From Polyangiaceae bacterium (GTDB taxonomy: Bacteria; Myxococcota_A; Polyangia; Polyangiales; Polyangiaceae): a stretch of DNA of 64,000 nucleotides. Below, piece by piece: positions 49,707 to 59,683 of this stretch. The position numbers and the translations under genes are program-made. The stretch lies in assembly GCA_965222375.1 (NCBI GenBank), contig CBDCTZ010000005.1:160001-224000 (forward strand), in the 5' to 3' direction. Position 1 is the first letter of the stretch; every line of letters begins with the position of its first letter. The notes under the pieces are model-generated. The model saw nothing but the letters and a program-made list of their open reading frames with translations. It ran no database searches and had not been told where the DNA came from.

Positions 49707-50681
49707 CAGCGTCCCAATCGCCCATTTTTGCGAAGATGGAAAGCCGATTGAAATAATGGAGCAATCTCGATCGCTTGCGCGAGACCGCGGTGTCCAGGCG
49801 CCCTACCCCTGAACGGTTACCCTCGACCAATTGAATCATGCGGCGGACTTGCACGCCCGTGTCCGTGATGATCAGCAGTCGACCCGGAGAGCAAATGCTC
49901 AGATCGCCCTCTTTGCTCTTGAACTTCGTGAGCAACTGGCTCGCTTCCTCTGCCGAGACGTACTTCAAACGGTAGAGCCGTGTAACGAAGCGACCTACAT
50001 TCGGTGCGGGAGCGCTCCGGAAGTGCACCGGCGTCGTCTTGATCCGGTGGCCCATAGATTTGGCCTTGCACGACACGCTTGCAACCTTCGCAATGGAGAC
50101 CATGTTGTTGGGCAACGCACCCGTGGCGCCCGGCGGCGGCTTGTCATGAGTCCTGGCAGCACCGGTTGCTGTGGCGGGGCCTTTCTTCCCCGGAAGCTTG
50201 AGGGGACTGCCGGCAGCAGACGCACCGCCAGGCTTGGAGCGAATGGGAGGCACATTTTGCGCCGCGACTCCCAGCCCAATGCTGGACAACGCGAGTGCCA
50301 CACTCGTGGCTTTGAATCGGGATCTGTAGGTCATGGGCTCACTTGGCTCGGAAGTCCGTGCTCATGGCCTGCGACGCGAAACCCGTGCCACAGGCCATCC
50401 GGCGAAAAAACATGCGAATTCCTTGAACTTTGTTCGGCGCTACGCCGCGCCATCCTGACAGAACCCCTGTCGAAAAACGTCCTGGTTGACGATGTGTCAA
50501 TCCGTTCCGCTCGTGTCGCACAAGCGACTTGTCCGAGGTAACCTAGGCCAAGTCGACCGCTTCAAGTACCAGGCGGGAACGTGTGGTGCTTCAAGCGACC
50601 CCTGTAGCCGCTCGGATTCTGCCCGACCTGAGCGCACGGGCGCACCTCACGCTCGTCCACTACGCCACGAGCCCACGGATC

Positions 50682-51611
50682 TCACCTCAGTTTTGTTGCG
50701 CGTTTGCGTCGCCGTCGGTGTGCAAGCCCGAACAGCAACAGAAACCCCAGCGAAGCGTCGCGCCCAGCCGCGCCGCCCACGCTACAGGAAGCGTCATTGG
50801 GTGGGGCGGTCTGGGGCGCCGTTTGAACGGGCGGCGGGGGGCACGCGTGGCTCTGCCGCCACTCGGCGAGTCGCTCCTGCAGCGCGACCACGGGATCTTC
50901 GACGCCCAGCTCACGCCGATCCGTCTGCAGGTCGACTCCAGGCGTGGCGCCTACCGTCAGCCACGCGGAGTCCGCCGGGCGCCCTTCCACAGTGCAGCGC
51001 GCGTCGCCGCGGCCATCTTGGCTCGCTGCGGCAAGGCCGCGAACCAGGCGTTCCGACAAGTCACGGCCGCCCGCATCGAAGAACCCGGAAAGCGCATGCT
51101 GGAGCACATCGCCGCCGCTGACGAAGTTGCCGGCGGTCGCCACCACGTAGTCTTGATCCGACCGAACCAAGTCCAGCGCGGCCGGGTTGGACTCCAAACC
51201 CGTGAAGGTGGCCACGCCGCCCAGGGCATCGATGACCAGGTATTGCCGCTTGTTGGTTTCGAAATCGAAGCTCGGATCCAGCAAGGTCTGCAACGTCTGC
51301 TTCGCATCGAGGCCCGCCGCCAGCCCCTCGATGGCCTTGGAGCGTCCCGGGGATCCAAGGGCCAGATAGGACTGCGCGACGACAGCACCCTTGGAGGGCA
51401 GACTCGCGTAGACCTGGCGCAGCGTCTCGATGCCTACGCAGGAGGCGGACGCGAAACCGAAGGTTCCACTGGCTCGCTCAAAGGCCAGAATCGAGTAGGT
51501 CGCCGGCGCCTCCAGTGTGAACGTTGTCACCGCCAGCGCCATCGCCACAGCAGCAAAGCCGGGTCCGAGACTGCGCCTGAGCCGCATGCGCATTGGCCGG
51601 AGCAGCCTCAT
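50682..51611 (-). CDS. DUF1028 (Ntn-hydrolase-like) protein with MYXO-CTERM tail
   Basis: TYSILA...G.ASASC, RQY..ID, AGN, GDARC motifs; SCS...hydrophobic...RRR tail. Confidence 0.8.
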   Translation of the reverse strand: MRLLRPMRMRLRRSLGPGFAAVAMALAVTTFTLEAPATYSILAFERASGTFGFASASCVGIETLRQVYASLPSKGAVVAQSYLALGSPGRSKAIEGLAAGLDAKQTLQTLLDPSFDFETNKRQYLVIDALGGVATFTGLESNPAALDLVRSDQDYVVATAGNFVSGGDVLQHALSGFFDAGGRDLSERLVRGLAAASQDGRGDARCTVEGRPADSAWLTVGATPGVDLQTDRRELGVEDPVVALQERLAEWRQSHACPPPPVQTAPQTAPPNDASCSVGGAAGRDASLGFLLLFGLAHRRRRKRATKLR

Positions 51612-51932
51612 CGAGAAAGTGTATCGGAGCGCCCTAGTTCGTGTCCACGCGGTCAAGGGTTGCTGCGATGCGTCGCTTGGCGTCCAGGCGACCGCGACAA
51701 GAATGCCGGCAGTCGACGGACCTGCGCTCCAGCAGGCTCGAGGTTGGGCGCACCCGCGTGGCCTGGCTCGGGAGTAGTGGCCCTGCCTGCGGAAGGGATG
51801 CGACCCAACCCAAACCCGGGCAAATCACGCTGGGTTTTGCAGACCAGTCGCCCGCACGGAGCCCCGGGAAGATCCGAGGACGGCGGGCGTAGAAGAGACG
51901 CCCGAGGCGGTCGGGCCGACGCGGAGGAACGA

Positions 51933-52427
51933 ATGGGCGAGCGGACCAAGAGCCTGCATGCATTCTGGTTGATGTTGGGGCTGCTCGGAGTCCTGTTGGC
52001 GTGCAAGGCGAACAGGCAACCCGATCCGAAGCTTGGGGAAGTCGTGACCTTCGACGACAGCCAGTGGACCGTGGTCAAGGCTCAGAACATCGGCAACACG
52101 CTCCAAGGCATCGCCGAGATGAAGAAGACTACGGGCAAGTTCATCAAGGTCGAGTTCACGGTTACGAACAAGAGCAAGCAGACGGAATCGATCTTGGCTC
52201 ACCCCCAGATCATCGACGATCAGGACCGAGAGTACGGGCCCATCGAGGCTCAGTCCTTGTTCATGGGGGACCGCGAAAAATCGATGACCCTGGAGTCACT
52301 GTCTCCAGACATGATGCAGCGCTTCTTCGCGATCTACGAAGTGCCCACGGACTCCAAGGGCCTGCGCTTCGAGGCTCGCGCCCTGTCCGCCTTCGGCAAA
52401 CGCCGCAAAGTCGCGCTGGGGATCTAG
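51933..52427 (+). CDS. DUF4352-like lipoprotein
   Basis: GGAGG RBS; LLAC lipobox; KFIKVEFTVTN...IYEVP. Confidence 0.75.
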   Translation: MGERTKSLHAFWLMLGLLGVLLACKANRQPDPKLGEVVTFDDSQWTVVKAQNIGNTLQGIAEMKKTTGKFIKVEFTVTNKSKQTESILAHPQIIDDQDREYGPIEAQSLFMGDREKSMTLESLSPDMMQRFFAIYEVPTDSKGLRFEARALSAFGKRRKVALGI

Positions 52428-52480
52428 CTCGCGACTCGGATGACTTCTGAGCGTTGGGGAAAGGGCAGCGACGACGACGC

Positions 52481-54409
52481 TCAGCGCCGCTGCCCGGGCG
52501 CACGAACGGATCCCACCACCGGGAGCTCTTCGAAACCGCGTCGCGCTCGGGCAATGCTGATGCCGACTTGATTGAAGATCAGGACGAGATTGGCACCTAG
52601 CACGGCATACGGCGTCCAGCGTGGCTCGTAGCTCGCGATCAAGAAAGCGACGGTGAACGCCACCGCGCTGATGCCGCCCCAGGGGTCCATCAAGATCCCC
52701 ATCGCCCACGTGAAGAGCGCCCACACCAAGAGCAGACCGATGATGATCGTCTGCATTTCGAGGCCGAGCCAACTCGCTCCCAAACACCACACCGCCGTCA
52801 TGGCCAGCGCGGTCGCAACGAGGGTCATGCTGGTGCGGTTGAGGCGGTTGGCCAAAAGTTGCCGGCCGCGAAGCGCGACCACTGGAACACCCACCAGAGC
52901 GATCAGCAGCGGAAACGCGATCATGAGGGTCACGTCCTTGGGCGGAGAAAACGCGATCGCGCTCCAGAACACGACCCAGATCAACCCGAAGACACCGCCG
53001 AGGATCCCGCGAATGCGATGTCCGAAACCGCGATCCACATCGCTGACCAAGCGCCGTAACCGCGCTTCCTCGTCCGCGGACTTGGCTACGGCCTCGGCCA
53101 CACGCTGTTGCAGATCTGAAGACAGCCCCTGGTGGGTTTCGACGAGTCGCGCCGCGACCTGGGGCTCGCCGGTTTCGAGAGCGTGGGTCACCCGAAGCGC
53201 GGCGAGCAGATTCACGCCCGCTTGGGCTGCGGGGCACTCGGGCCACTCTTCGAGGGACGCGCGATAGGCCACTTCCGCCGACAGGGCCGCGCGCTCCCAT
53301 TCCGCTTCGTCGTTCCGCTCAAGCGCCTCCGCAGCGCGCTCTCGCTCCCGAGCCCCACGCTCCGCAAGACGCAGCGCGCCGCGGTGCTCGAGAAAGTCCG
53401 CCAGAGCCAGTCGAAACTCCTCTGGACTTGCGGTGCGCTTGTCCACGTCGTGCTCCAGGGCGCTGCGCGTGATGCGTCGCAGCTCGGCCGGAACGTCGTC
53501 GGGCAACTCCGGGGGCGCTTTTGACTCCAACATGTCCGCGACCCGGTGCTCCAGAGGCGTGCCCGCGTGAGGCGGCCGCCCCGTCAGCACGTGGAACAAC
53601 GTCGCACCGAGCAAGTAGGTGTCCGTCCATGGCCCCAGGGGTGCGCTGCTACCGACGACCTGCTCCGGCGCCATGTATCCGGTCGTTCCGGCCAGCTCCG
53701 TCGCGCCGTAATCGCTTGAAGGATCGTCCAGCTCCAGCGCAATGCCCCAATCGAGCAGGTACACCTCGCCGAAGGGTCCCACCATCACATTCGAGGGTTT
53801 CACATCCCGATGGATCACCCCGCGGCTGTGAGCAAAAGACAGCGCCCGCGCGACCGACATCAGCACGCCGAGATTCCACTCCAATAGATCATCTTCGCCG
53901 AACAGCTCGGCAACCCGCTCCGCGTCCTGCATCAAGCTGCTCCAGGTATCACCTTCGATCAGCTTCAACACGACCTGGGGCACGCCGTCTTCGCCCCGGA
54001 CGATGTCATGCACCGGCACGATATTGGGATGCTCCAGGCGCCCCGTGATGCGCGCTTCACGCAGCAGCCGCTTGACGTCTTCGGGGGATTGACGATCGGC
54101 GCGCAGAGCCTTGACCGCCACGGCTCGATCGACCTTGAGCTGCCGCCCGATCCGCACGACGGCCATGCCCCCCTGCCCCAGAGTGGCTCCGATGTCGACG
54201 CCGGGAAAGGAGCGGCGCTTGCGGATCGTGGAGCCGGGCTGGATCCGAATCGCGGGACGGGCTCCGGTCTGTTCCGCGTCCAGCACCATGTCGGCTAACG
54301 CTCGGCGCAGCTCAGGCTTGTGGTCGAGCTTGGTCGTCAGCTCTTCTTCGTCGCTGCTCTCCAGTTCGCCGGCAATGAGGGCCGCCAGCCGCTTCGCGTC
54401 CTCCTCCAC
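52481..54409 (-). CDS. Ser/Thr protein kinase with C-terminal multi-TM domain
   Basis: LGQGGMA, VAVK, HRDVKPSN, DWG, GYMAPEQ; start uncertain. Confidence 0.92.
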   Translation of the reverse strand: MEEDAKRLAALIAGELESSDEEELTTKLDHKPELRRALADMVLDAEQTGARPAIRIQPGSTIRKRRSFPGVDIGATLGQGGMAVVRIGRQLKVDRAVAVKALRADRQSPEDVKRLLREARITGRLEHPNIVPVHDIVRGEDGVPQVVLKLIEGDTWSSLMQDAERVAELFGEDDLLEWNLGVLMSVARALSFAHSRGVIHRDVKPSNVMVGPFGEVYLLDWGIALELDDPSSDYGATELAGTTGYMAPEQVVGSSAPLGPWTDTYLLGATLFHVLTGRPPHAGTPLEHRVADMLESKAPPELPDDVPAELRRITRSALEHDVDKRTASPEEFRLALADFLEHRGALRLAERGARERERAAEALERNDEAEWERAALSAEVAYRASLEEWPECPAAQAGVNLLAALRVTHALETGEPQVAARLVETHQGLSSDLQQRVAEAVAKSADEEARLRRLVSDVDRGFGHRIRGILGGVFGLIWVVFWSAIAFSPPKDVTLMIAFPLLIALVGVPVVALRGRQLLANRLNRTSMTLVATALAMTAVWCLGASWLGLEMQTIIIGLLLVWALFTWAMGILMDPWGGISAVAFTVAFLIASYEPRWTPYAVLGANLVLIFNQVGISIARARRGFEELPVVGSVRAPGQRR

Positions 54410-54559
54410 GCGAGCATTGTTGCACCCCGACTTCCACTCCGCCTGTGCCATCGCTCTCGCTGGCACAACCTCGGACAATTCGGTCCGAAACTCAGAATTT
54501 CGCCACCCAGAAATGACGAAGATCAACACTTGGAACGCCTGTTGCTTTGGAGCGCAGCC

Positions 54560-55330
54560 ATGACTTTCTTCCCACGAATCGGCCTGGCCCTCAGCGCTTT
54601 GCTCTTCGCCGCGTGCAGCGGTTCGTCAGATTCTGACTCACCGGGTGGCGGTGGGTCTTCAGGGGGCGGCGGCACTGACGCGGGGGTCACGGGCGGCGCC
54701 GCGGGCACCGGCACCGGTGGCGCAACGACGGGTGGCACTGCCGGTACGACGGGTGGCGCGGCAGGCGCGTCGGGAGGTGCCGCCGGCGCGTCGGGTGGCA
54801 CCGCGGGCGCGAGTGGCGGTGCGGCTGGCAGCGGAGGCGCAGCAACGGGTGGCGCGGCAGGCTCTGGGGGCGCCGCAACGGGTGGCACGGCAGGCTCTGG
54901 GGGCGCCGCAACGGGTGGCGCGGCGGGAACTGGAGGCGGCGCAGGTGGTCCTGGCATCGCTTGCGGCGCGGCGACCTGCAAAGCGCCCCAGGGCTGCTTG
55001 AGGTGTTTCAACGCAAAGCCGCCGACCGCCAAGTGCATCAACCCGTTTTCTGAGACATGCCCGACGTTTCCCAATCTGCACTTGTATTGTGACGATCAGA
55101 GCGACTGCAAGACCGGAGAGCAGTGCGCAATCATCGAGGGCAGTATCGGCACCTACGCCCAGTGCTTCCCAGAGGCCGCTTGTACCCAAAACTGCAGCTG
55201 CGGCGCCGGCGCCTTCGGGCAGGTCTGCAACAGCCTTGCGGACTGCCCCTCTTGCGCCAAGAAGTGCGAGCCGTACCAGCAACCCGGCGGCGGCGCCGGC
55301 GCCTTCCCGGTCAAGGTGTGCACCTGGTGA
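54560..55330 (+). CDS. Gly/Cys-rich lipoprotein
   Basis: FAAC lipobox; GGAAG linker; Cys-rich domain. Confidence 0.75.
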   Translation: MTFFPRIGLALSALLFAACSGSSDSDSPGGGGSSGGGGTDAGVTGGAAGTGTGGATTGGTAGTTGGAAGASGGAAGASGGTAGASGGAAGSGGAATGGAAGSGGAATGGTAGSGGAATGGAAGTGGGAGGPGIACGAATCKAPQGCLRCFNAKPPTAKCINPFSETCPTFPNLHLYCDDQSDCKTGEQCAIIEGSIGTYAQCFPEAACTQNCSCGAGAFGQVCNSLADCPSCAKKCEPYQQPGGGAGAFPVKVCTW

Positions 55331-55331
55331 G

Positions 55332-55727
55332 TCAGGCCGCCGCGTCGAATGCCTGACGGAATTGTTGGGGTAGTGCGACGGGTTTGCGATCTTCGCCGAC
55401 CGTGACCATCGCGGTGTGACCCTCAACCAATAGCTCTAGCGTTCCGTCGGCGCCGACTCGGTGCACCTTGTGCCCGATCCGAAAACCTTTGCTCCGGGTT
55501 TCTTCCACGAAGGAGTGAATCTCGAGCAGATCGTCAAAACGCGCCGGCGCCCGATAGCGGCAAGAGGTCTCGACGATGGGCAGCCGGTAGTCGTAGGGCA
55601 AGCCCAACTCGCGAAACATCTCCACACGGCCCGTCTCGAAGTACAAGAAGTAGCTGGCGTAGTACACGATGCCGGAAGTGTCCGTATCCGCATAGCGAGC
55701 CCGAGTCCGCGTCGTGAAGACCTTCAT
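55332..55727 (-). CDS. Acyl-CoA thioesterase (YbgC-like)
   Basis: RYADTDTSGIVYYASYFLYFETGR. Confidence 0.9.
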   Translation of the reverse strand: MKVFTTRTRARYADTDTSGIVYYASYFLYFETGRVEMFRELGLPYDYRLPIVETSCRYRAPARFDDLLEIHSFVEETRSKGFRIGHKVHRVGADGTLELLVEGHTAMVTVGEDRKPVALPQQFRQAFDAAA

Positions 55728-55952
55728 CGCCGCATTGTGGGACTGTCCCGGAGCCGACGACAAGGCCTCGTGTGGTCCTCGTATGGTTTGGATGCCCCCG
55801 CCCGAGGCCGAAGGAATCCGTCGGCTCCCCCGCCCGGCCCCAATACAAAACAACGAAGGCTCCCGCTCGGGGGAGCCGGCGCCCCCAAACCCGGGCTATC
55901 GCCCGGCCGGGGGCGCAACCTAGAGGCCCGCACCCCACGCAGGCGCCCAAGA

Positions 55953-56375
55953 TCAAACTTGCTCCACCACGTACAGCGAGCAGCCCGAGTGGTGACCCCA
56001 GGGGCGCAGCTCGCCACCAGGAGGATGGTAGTGGGGCTCGATGCGGCCCAGGTAGTTCTTGCCGTCGATTTCGAACTCGACCTCGAAGCCGTGGGGCTTC
56101 TTGTAGTGCTCGTTGATGATCTTGCGAGCCATCTTCACGACCGCCACCGTCATCTCGCTGCCCTTGATCCGACGCACGACGCGCTTCTTGGGGGCGGGGG
56201 TTTCTTGCTTGGTCTCAGCAGCAACCATGGTGGCGCCGGGCGCCCGCAGCACGCCCCGCTGAACCTGGGCCGTCGTCTGGGGCGCTGCGGCGGGGGCGGC
56301 GCCGATGGGGGAGCAGCTCAACGTGGTGCAGAGGGTGGCGGCCATGAGGATGATTGCGGTGATTCGGTTGCCCAT
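55953..56375 (-). CDS. Secreted hypothetical protein
   Basis: GGAG RBS; signal peptide; IEPHYHPP...PWGHHSGCSLY C-terminal motif. Confidence 0.7.
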   Translation of the reverse strand: MGNRITAIILMAATLCTTLSCSPIGAAPAAAPQTTAQVQRGVLRAPGATMVAAETKQETPAPKKRVVRRIKGSEMTVAVVKMARKIINEHYKKPHGFEVEFEIDGKNYLGRIEPHYHPPGGELRPWGHHSGCSLYVVEQV

Positions 56376-56514
56376 TTTCTCGTCTCCTGAATGGGCCGTT
56401 CCGAAAGCCGGCGAATCGATCACGACAAAGTGAGAAAAAGTTCGCGGGGCGTTGTCGGGGCCGAAAACCCGCGGTATTTCGCGATGAAGCGAGGCTCCGC
56501 CCACCTCCACCCAC

Positions 56515-58059
56515 ATGTCCGCCGACTCCTCCCCGCCCGTGGCGGTCGCCAGAACTGGCGAGCCCGCTTCCGACACCGACGACTCCGACGTCGAGCACGC
56601 TCGGGTGCGCGCGCGGGTCAAGCAAGGGCTGTTTGGCGGGCCACCGGAGCCCGTGCGACTGGACCAATTCGAAATCCTGGGCCGGCTCGGCGCCGGGGCC
56701 ATGGGCGTCGTTTACGAAGCCCGAGACACCGAACTCGATCGCGTCGTAGCGCTGAAGCTATTGCACCCTGAGCAAGGGCCGCGAGGAGCCGACCCGACTC
56801 GAGGCACGACGGCACTGCTCGAGGAAGCCCGCAGCATGGCCCGGGTGCGCCACCCCAACGTACTCACAGTGCACCAGGTAGGAACCCACGGTGACCAGGT
56901 CTACGTCGCGATGGAGCGCGCGAAGTCCACCCTGAGCGAGTGGCTCTCCCAGGGTCGCCCACCCACTGAGCGCGTGCTGGAGGTCCTAGCGAAAACCGGG
57001 CGCGGTCTCACCGCGGTCCATCGTCAAGGGCTGGTTCACCGGGACTTCAAACCGGACAACGTCTTGATGGACGACGAGGGCCAACCGAAGGTCAGCGACT
57101 TCGGTCTGGCGCTGCGCGCGGATGCGCTCGCCGCGGGTTCTAGGGCGGGCACGCCAGCGTACATGGCGCCGGAGCAGATCCGGGGCGAAGAAGTGGATGC
57201 GCGAAGCGATCAGTTCGCCTTCGCCGTAACCGCCATTGAGGCGCTGACCGGTCGCCGCCCCTTTTCTGGCGAGAGCATCGAAGAGTTGCTCGAAGCCATC
57301 CTGCGACGGATCAAAGTCGAAGATCTCGGTAGCAGCGTGCCCCGAGAGATTGCCGAGATCTTGGTGCGCGCGTTGGACCCCGAGCCCGGCGCGCGCTTCT
57401 CGTCCATGGACGCCCTGCTCGAGCGCCTGGAGAGCCGACCCCCGCAACGTTCACCCGTACCTTTAGTGGTCGGCATCGTGCTCGGGGTCGTCGTCCTGTG
57501 CGCCATCGCGGTCTTCGTCGTCTACGCTCCCGGCGACGAGCGCGTCACCGAAGTCACCCCCTCTGCGTCGACAGCACCGGTACCATCGAGTGCGCCGGCC
57601 CCAATCCGCGACGTCACCCGGCTGTGCGTCAAGGCAGTGTCCGCCTCGTCGGAACAAGAGGCTCACCCTGCCCGCCACGCCTTCGACGGCGTGCCCACGA
57701 CAGCATGGTCCGAGGCCGTCCCCGGGGACGGCGCCGGGCAGTGGGTGGAAGCGCAACTCGAGGCCGACACCTGGGTCTCCGAGGTCGAGGTCAGCGGAGG
57801 TTGGTCCACCACGACGGGTTCCGGCGCCGATCTGTGGGCCATCAATGCGACCTTTCGCGCGATGCGCGTTTCCTGGGACGGCGGCGAGGCGGTGGTGCGC
57901 TTCGATCGAAAGACCGATCGCGGCAAGCGGAAGCGCGTCGCCGTGGACGCAGCCACCCGTAGCGTGCGGATTACGGCCCTCGAGGTCGATCGAGGCCGCT
58001 TTCGGGATCTATGCCTCGACGAGGTCGTGATCCACGGGCGTTGCAACGCCGCGCGCTAA
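56515..58059 (+). CDS. Ser/Thr kinase with TM helix and extracytoplasmic discoidin-like domain
   Basis: LGAGAMG, HRDFKPDN, DFG, GTPAYMAPEQ; AFDG...TAWSE...G.GQW. Confidence 0.92.
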   Translation: MSADSSPPVAVARTGEPASDTDDSDVEHARVRARVKQGLFGGPPEPVRLDQFEILGRLGAGAMGVVYEARDTELDRVVALKLLHPEQGPRGADPTRGTTALLEEARSMARVRHPNVLTVHQVGTHGDQVYVAMERAKSTLSEWLSQGRPPTERVLEVLAKTGRGLTAVHRQGLVHRDFKPDNVLMDDEGQPKVSDFGLALRADALAAGSRAGTPAYMAPEQIRGEEVDARSDQFAFAVTAIEALTGRRPFSGESIEELLEAILRRIKVEDLGSSVPREIAEILVRALDPEPGARFSSMDALLERLESRPPQRSPVPLVVGIVLGVVVLCAIAVFVVYAPGDERVTEVTPSASTAPVPSSAPAPIRDVTRLCVKAVSASSEQEAHPARHAFDGVPTTAWSEAVPGDGAGQWVEAQLEADTWVSEVEVSGGWSTTTGSGADLWAINATFRAMRVSWDGGEAVVRFDRKTDRGKRKRVAVDAATRSVRITALEVDRGRFRDLCLDEVVIHGRCNAAR

Positions 58060-58158
58060 CGAAGCACAACCTCGCGGCTGACAGCGGCGCCGCCGCGTCC
58101 ACCGGACTTGGGAGAACTCCTGATGACGCCAGGAGGGCGGCCACCCCCAATTTTCGTT

Positions 58159-58803
58159 TCAGGCGTCGAGATCCTCGGGGGCAACGCCCGCATCTGGGCT
58201 GAGGCGCTCCCGCAACCCGCCCGCCCAGTTTTCCAAGTTCGCCAGCGTCGTCTCGAGTTCCCGCGGCGAGCGCGATAGCTGCTTCATCTTCGCTTCCAGC
58301 GCTTCTTTGGCGCGACGCAGCCGGCTGCGCACCGTGCCCTCCGCAATGTCGAGGACCCGCGCGATTTCTGGGCCGGGCAACTGCTCCCAGTAGTGCAGCT
58401 CGAGTGCGATCTGAAGCTCCAGAGGAATGGTTCGCAAAGCCTCGAGCAGCAGGCGATCTCCAACGCGCTTGTCCACCAGACGACTGGGCGTGGGCCCCAG
58501 GTCGGCGAGGGACGTCACCCCAAAGTCTGCGCCGGGTTTGCGATCCCGGTAGTGCTTGTAGAGCTTCTTTCTGGCAACGGAAAACAGGTAAGTGCGAAAG
58601 CTGGACTCCCCGCGAAAGGAGTCCCGACTCTCGACGCAGGACAGGAACACGCTCTGCACCAGATCCGCGGGGTCATTGGCCACCTTGTTGCGCAAGAAAC
58701 GAAACAGGCTATCGAAGTGACGATCGAAGAGTTCGCCCCCGGCCGCCGCATCCCCCGCACGCCACGCCTCGAGCAGCTCGAAGTCCTTCACCGCGTCGCT
58801 CAC
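58159..58803 (-). CDS. ECF sigma factor
   Basis: LLEAWRAGD...DLVQSVFL; SSFRTYL; EIA.VL.IAEGTVRSRLRRA. Confidence 0.9.
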   Translation of the reverse strand: MSDAVKDFELLEAWRAGDAAAGGELFDRHFDSLFRFLRNKVANDPADLVQSVFLSCVESRDSFRGESSFRTYLFSVARKKLYKHYRDRKPGADFGVTSLADLGPTPSRLVDKRVGDRLLLEALRTIPLELQIALELHYWEQLPGPEIARVLDIAEGTVRSRLRRAKEALEAKMKQLSRSPRELETTLANLENWAGGLRERLSPDAGVAPEDLDA

Positions 58804-58889
58804 CGCGCGCAGTGTTTCACACTCGGCCGTGTCGCTCCAGCTCCCAGCCCCTCTGGACACGCGCGTTTCGCGCCACCACCCCGACTTGC

Positions 58890-59234
58890 ATGACCTGGTA
58901 CGCCCACGAAGTGCTCTGCATCGCCAGCCCCGAGGCGCTCGCTTACGTTCACGCCGAGCCGCGGCTGCTGCCTCACGCCTCCGTCGTACGGTCGCCACTG
59001 CAGCACGATTGGTCCAGCGAAGAAGCGCGCCACGATCTGCCAACTCAGGGTCTGCTCGTGGTGCAGCCCGTCGTTTCAGCGAAAGAAGCGGGTGAGTGGT
59101 ACGAGTCCGGCGTCTTGGCTTGGGACACGCTCGAGGCCGATGCCGCAGCGCTTCGCATTTTGCCGCAGCAGTTTTGCAGCCACCTACCCGATGCGAGCCT
59201 GGACGACTTCCTGCCAGCCAACGCGTTGGCGTGA
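58890..59234 (+). CDS. Hypothetical protein, possibly truncated
   Basis: MTWYAHEV... protein-like composition in an intergenic gap. Confidence 0.4.
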   Translation: MTWYAHEVLCIASPEALAYVHAEPRLLPHASVVRSPLQHDWSSEEARHDLPTQGLLVVQPVVSAKEAGEWYESGVLAWDTLEADAAALRILPQQFCSHLPDASLDDFLPANALA

Positions 59235-59368
59235 GGAGGACGTGATGTCGCGACTGCTACTTGCATCGGAGCGAACTTCGTGTTCCGAAGCCAGACCGGC
59301 GAGGACGAGACGAGCGGGCCGACCGGGCCGAACAGGACTGCCGATCTCCCTGAGGAACTGCCTTCGAG

Positions 59369-59683
59369 TTGGGCGCGGCGGTCGGCGACGTTGTGATGTT
59401 CACCGACCTGCTGGGGGTCTGGCCCCAAGTCGGAATCGGCTACGCCAGCTTCAAAGAGGAAGACACTGCGAACGTGACCAAGGCGTCTGCACCCACGGTT
59501 GGCGCTGGCGTCCCGCTCGTGATCCAACCCGTCGAACACTTCGCATTCTCGATCGGCCCAGACCTCGGCTCCCTCTTCGCCGGGAGCGCGGAGGTTCGTG
59601 ACAAATCGTCGGACACGACGACGGACGGTAGCTACTCGGGCTTTGGGGTCGGACTGAGTGCCGGCCTGATCGGCTACTTCTAG
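59369..59683 (+). pseudogene. C-terminal fragment of an outer-membrane beta-barrel protein
   Basis: Amphipathic strands ending GLIGYF; no signal peptide. Confidence 0.55.

Larger units (their letters stand above)
47781..49820. mobile_element. IS66-family insertion sequence (2040 bp)
   Basis: 20-bp IRs GTAACCGTTCAGGGGT(T/A)GGG; 8-bp TSD CCTCGACC at 47773-80 and 49821-28. Confidence 0.95.
47552..50334 (-). pseudogene. Secretin N-domain (GspD-like) gene interrupted by IS66
   Basis: Removing the IS and one TSD gives in-frame ...RRMIQLVEEIDVGGAGSR...ADEQTNSLIIVGT (244 aa). Confidence 0.85.

Noticed and set aside
50583..51932. N-terminal 450 aa of the 614-aa + strand ORF
   Set aside because: Antisense shadow of the DUF1028 gene; the real gene starts at 51933 with an RBS and lipobox
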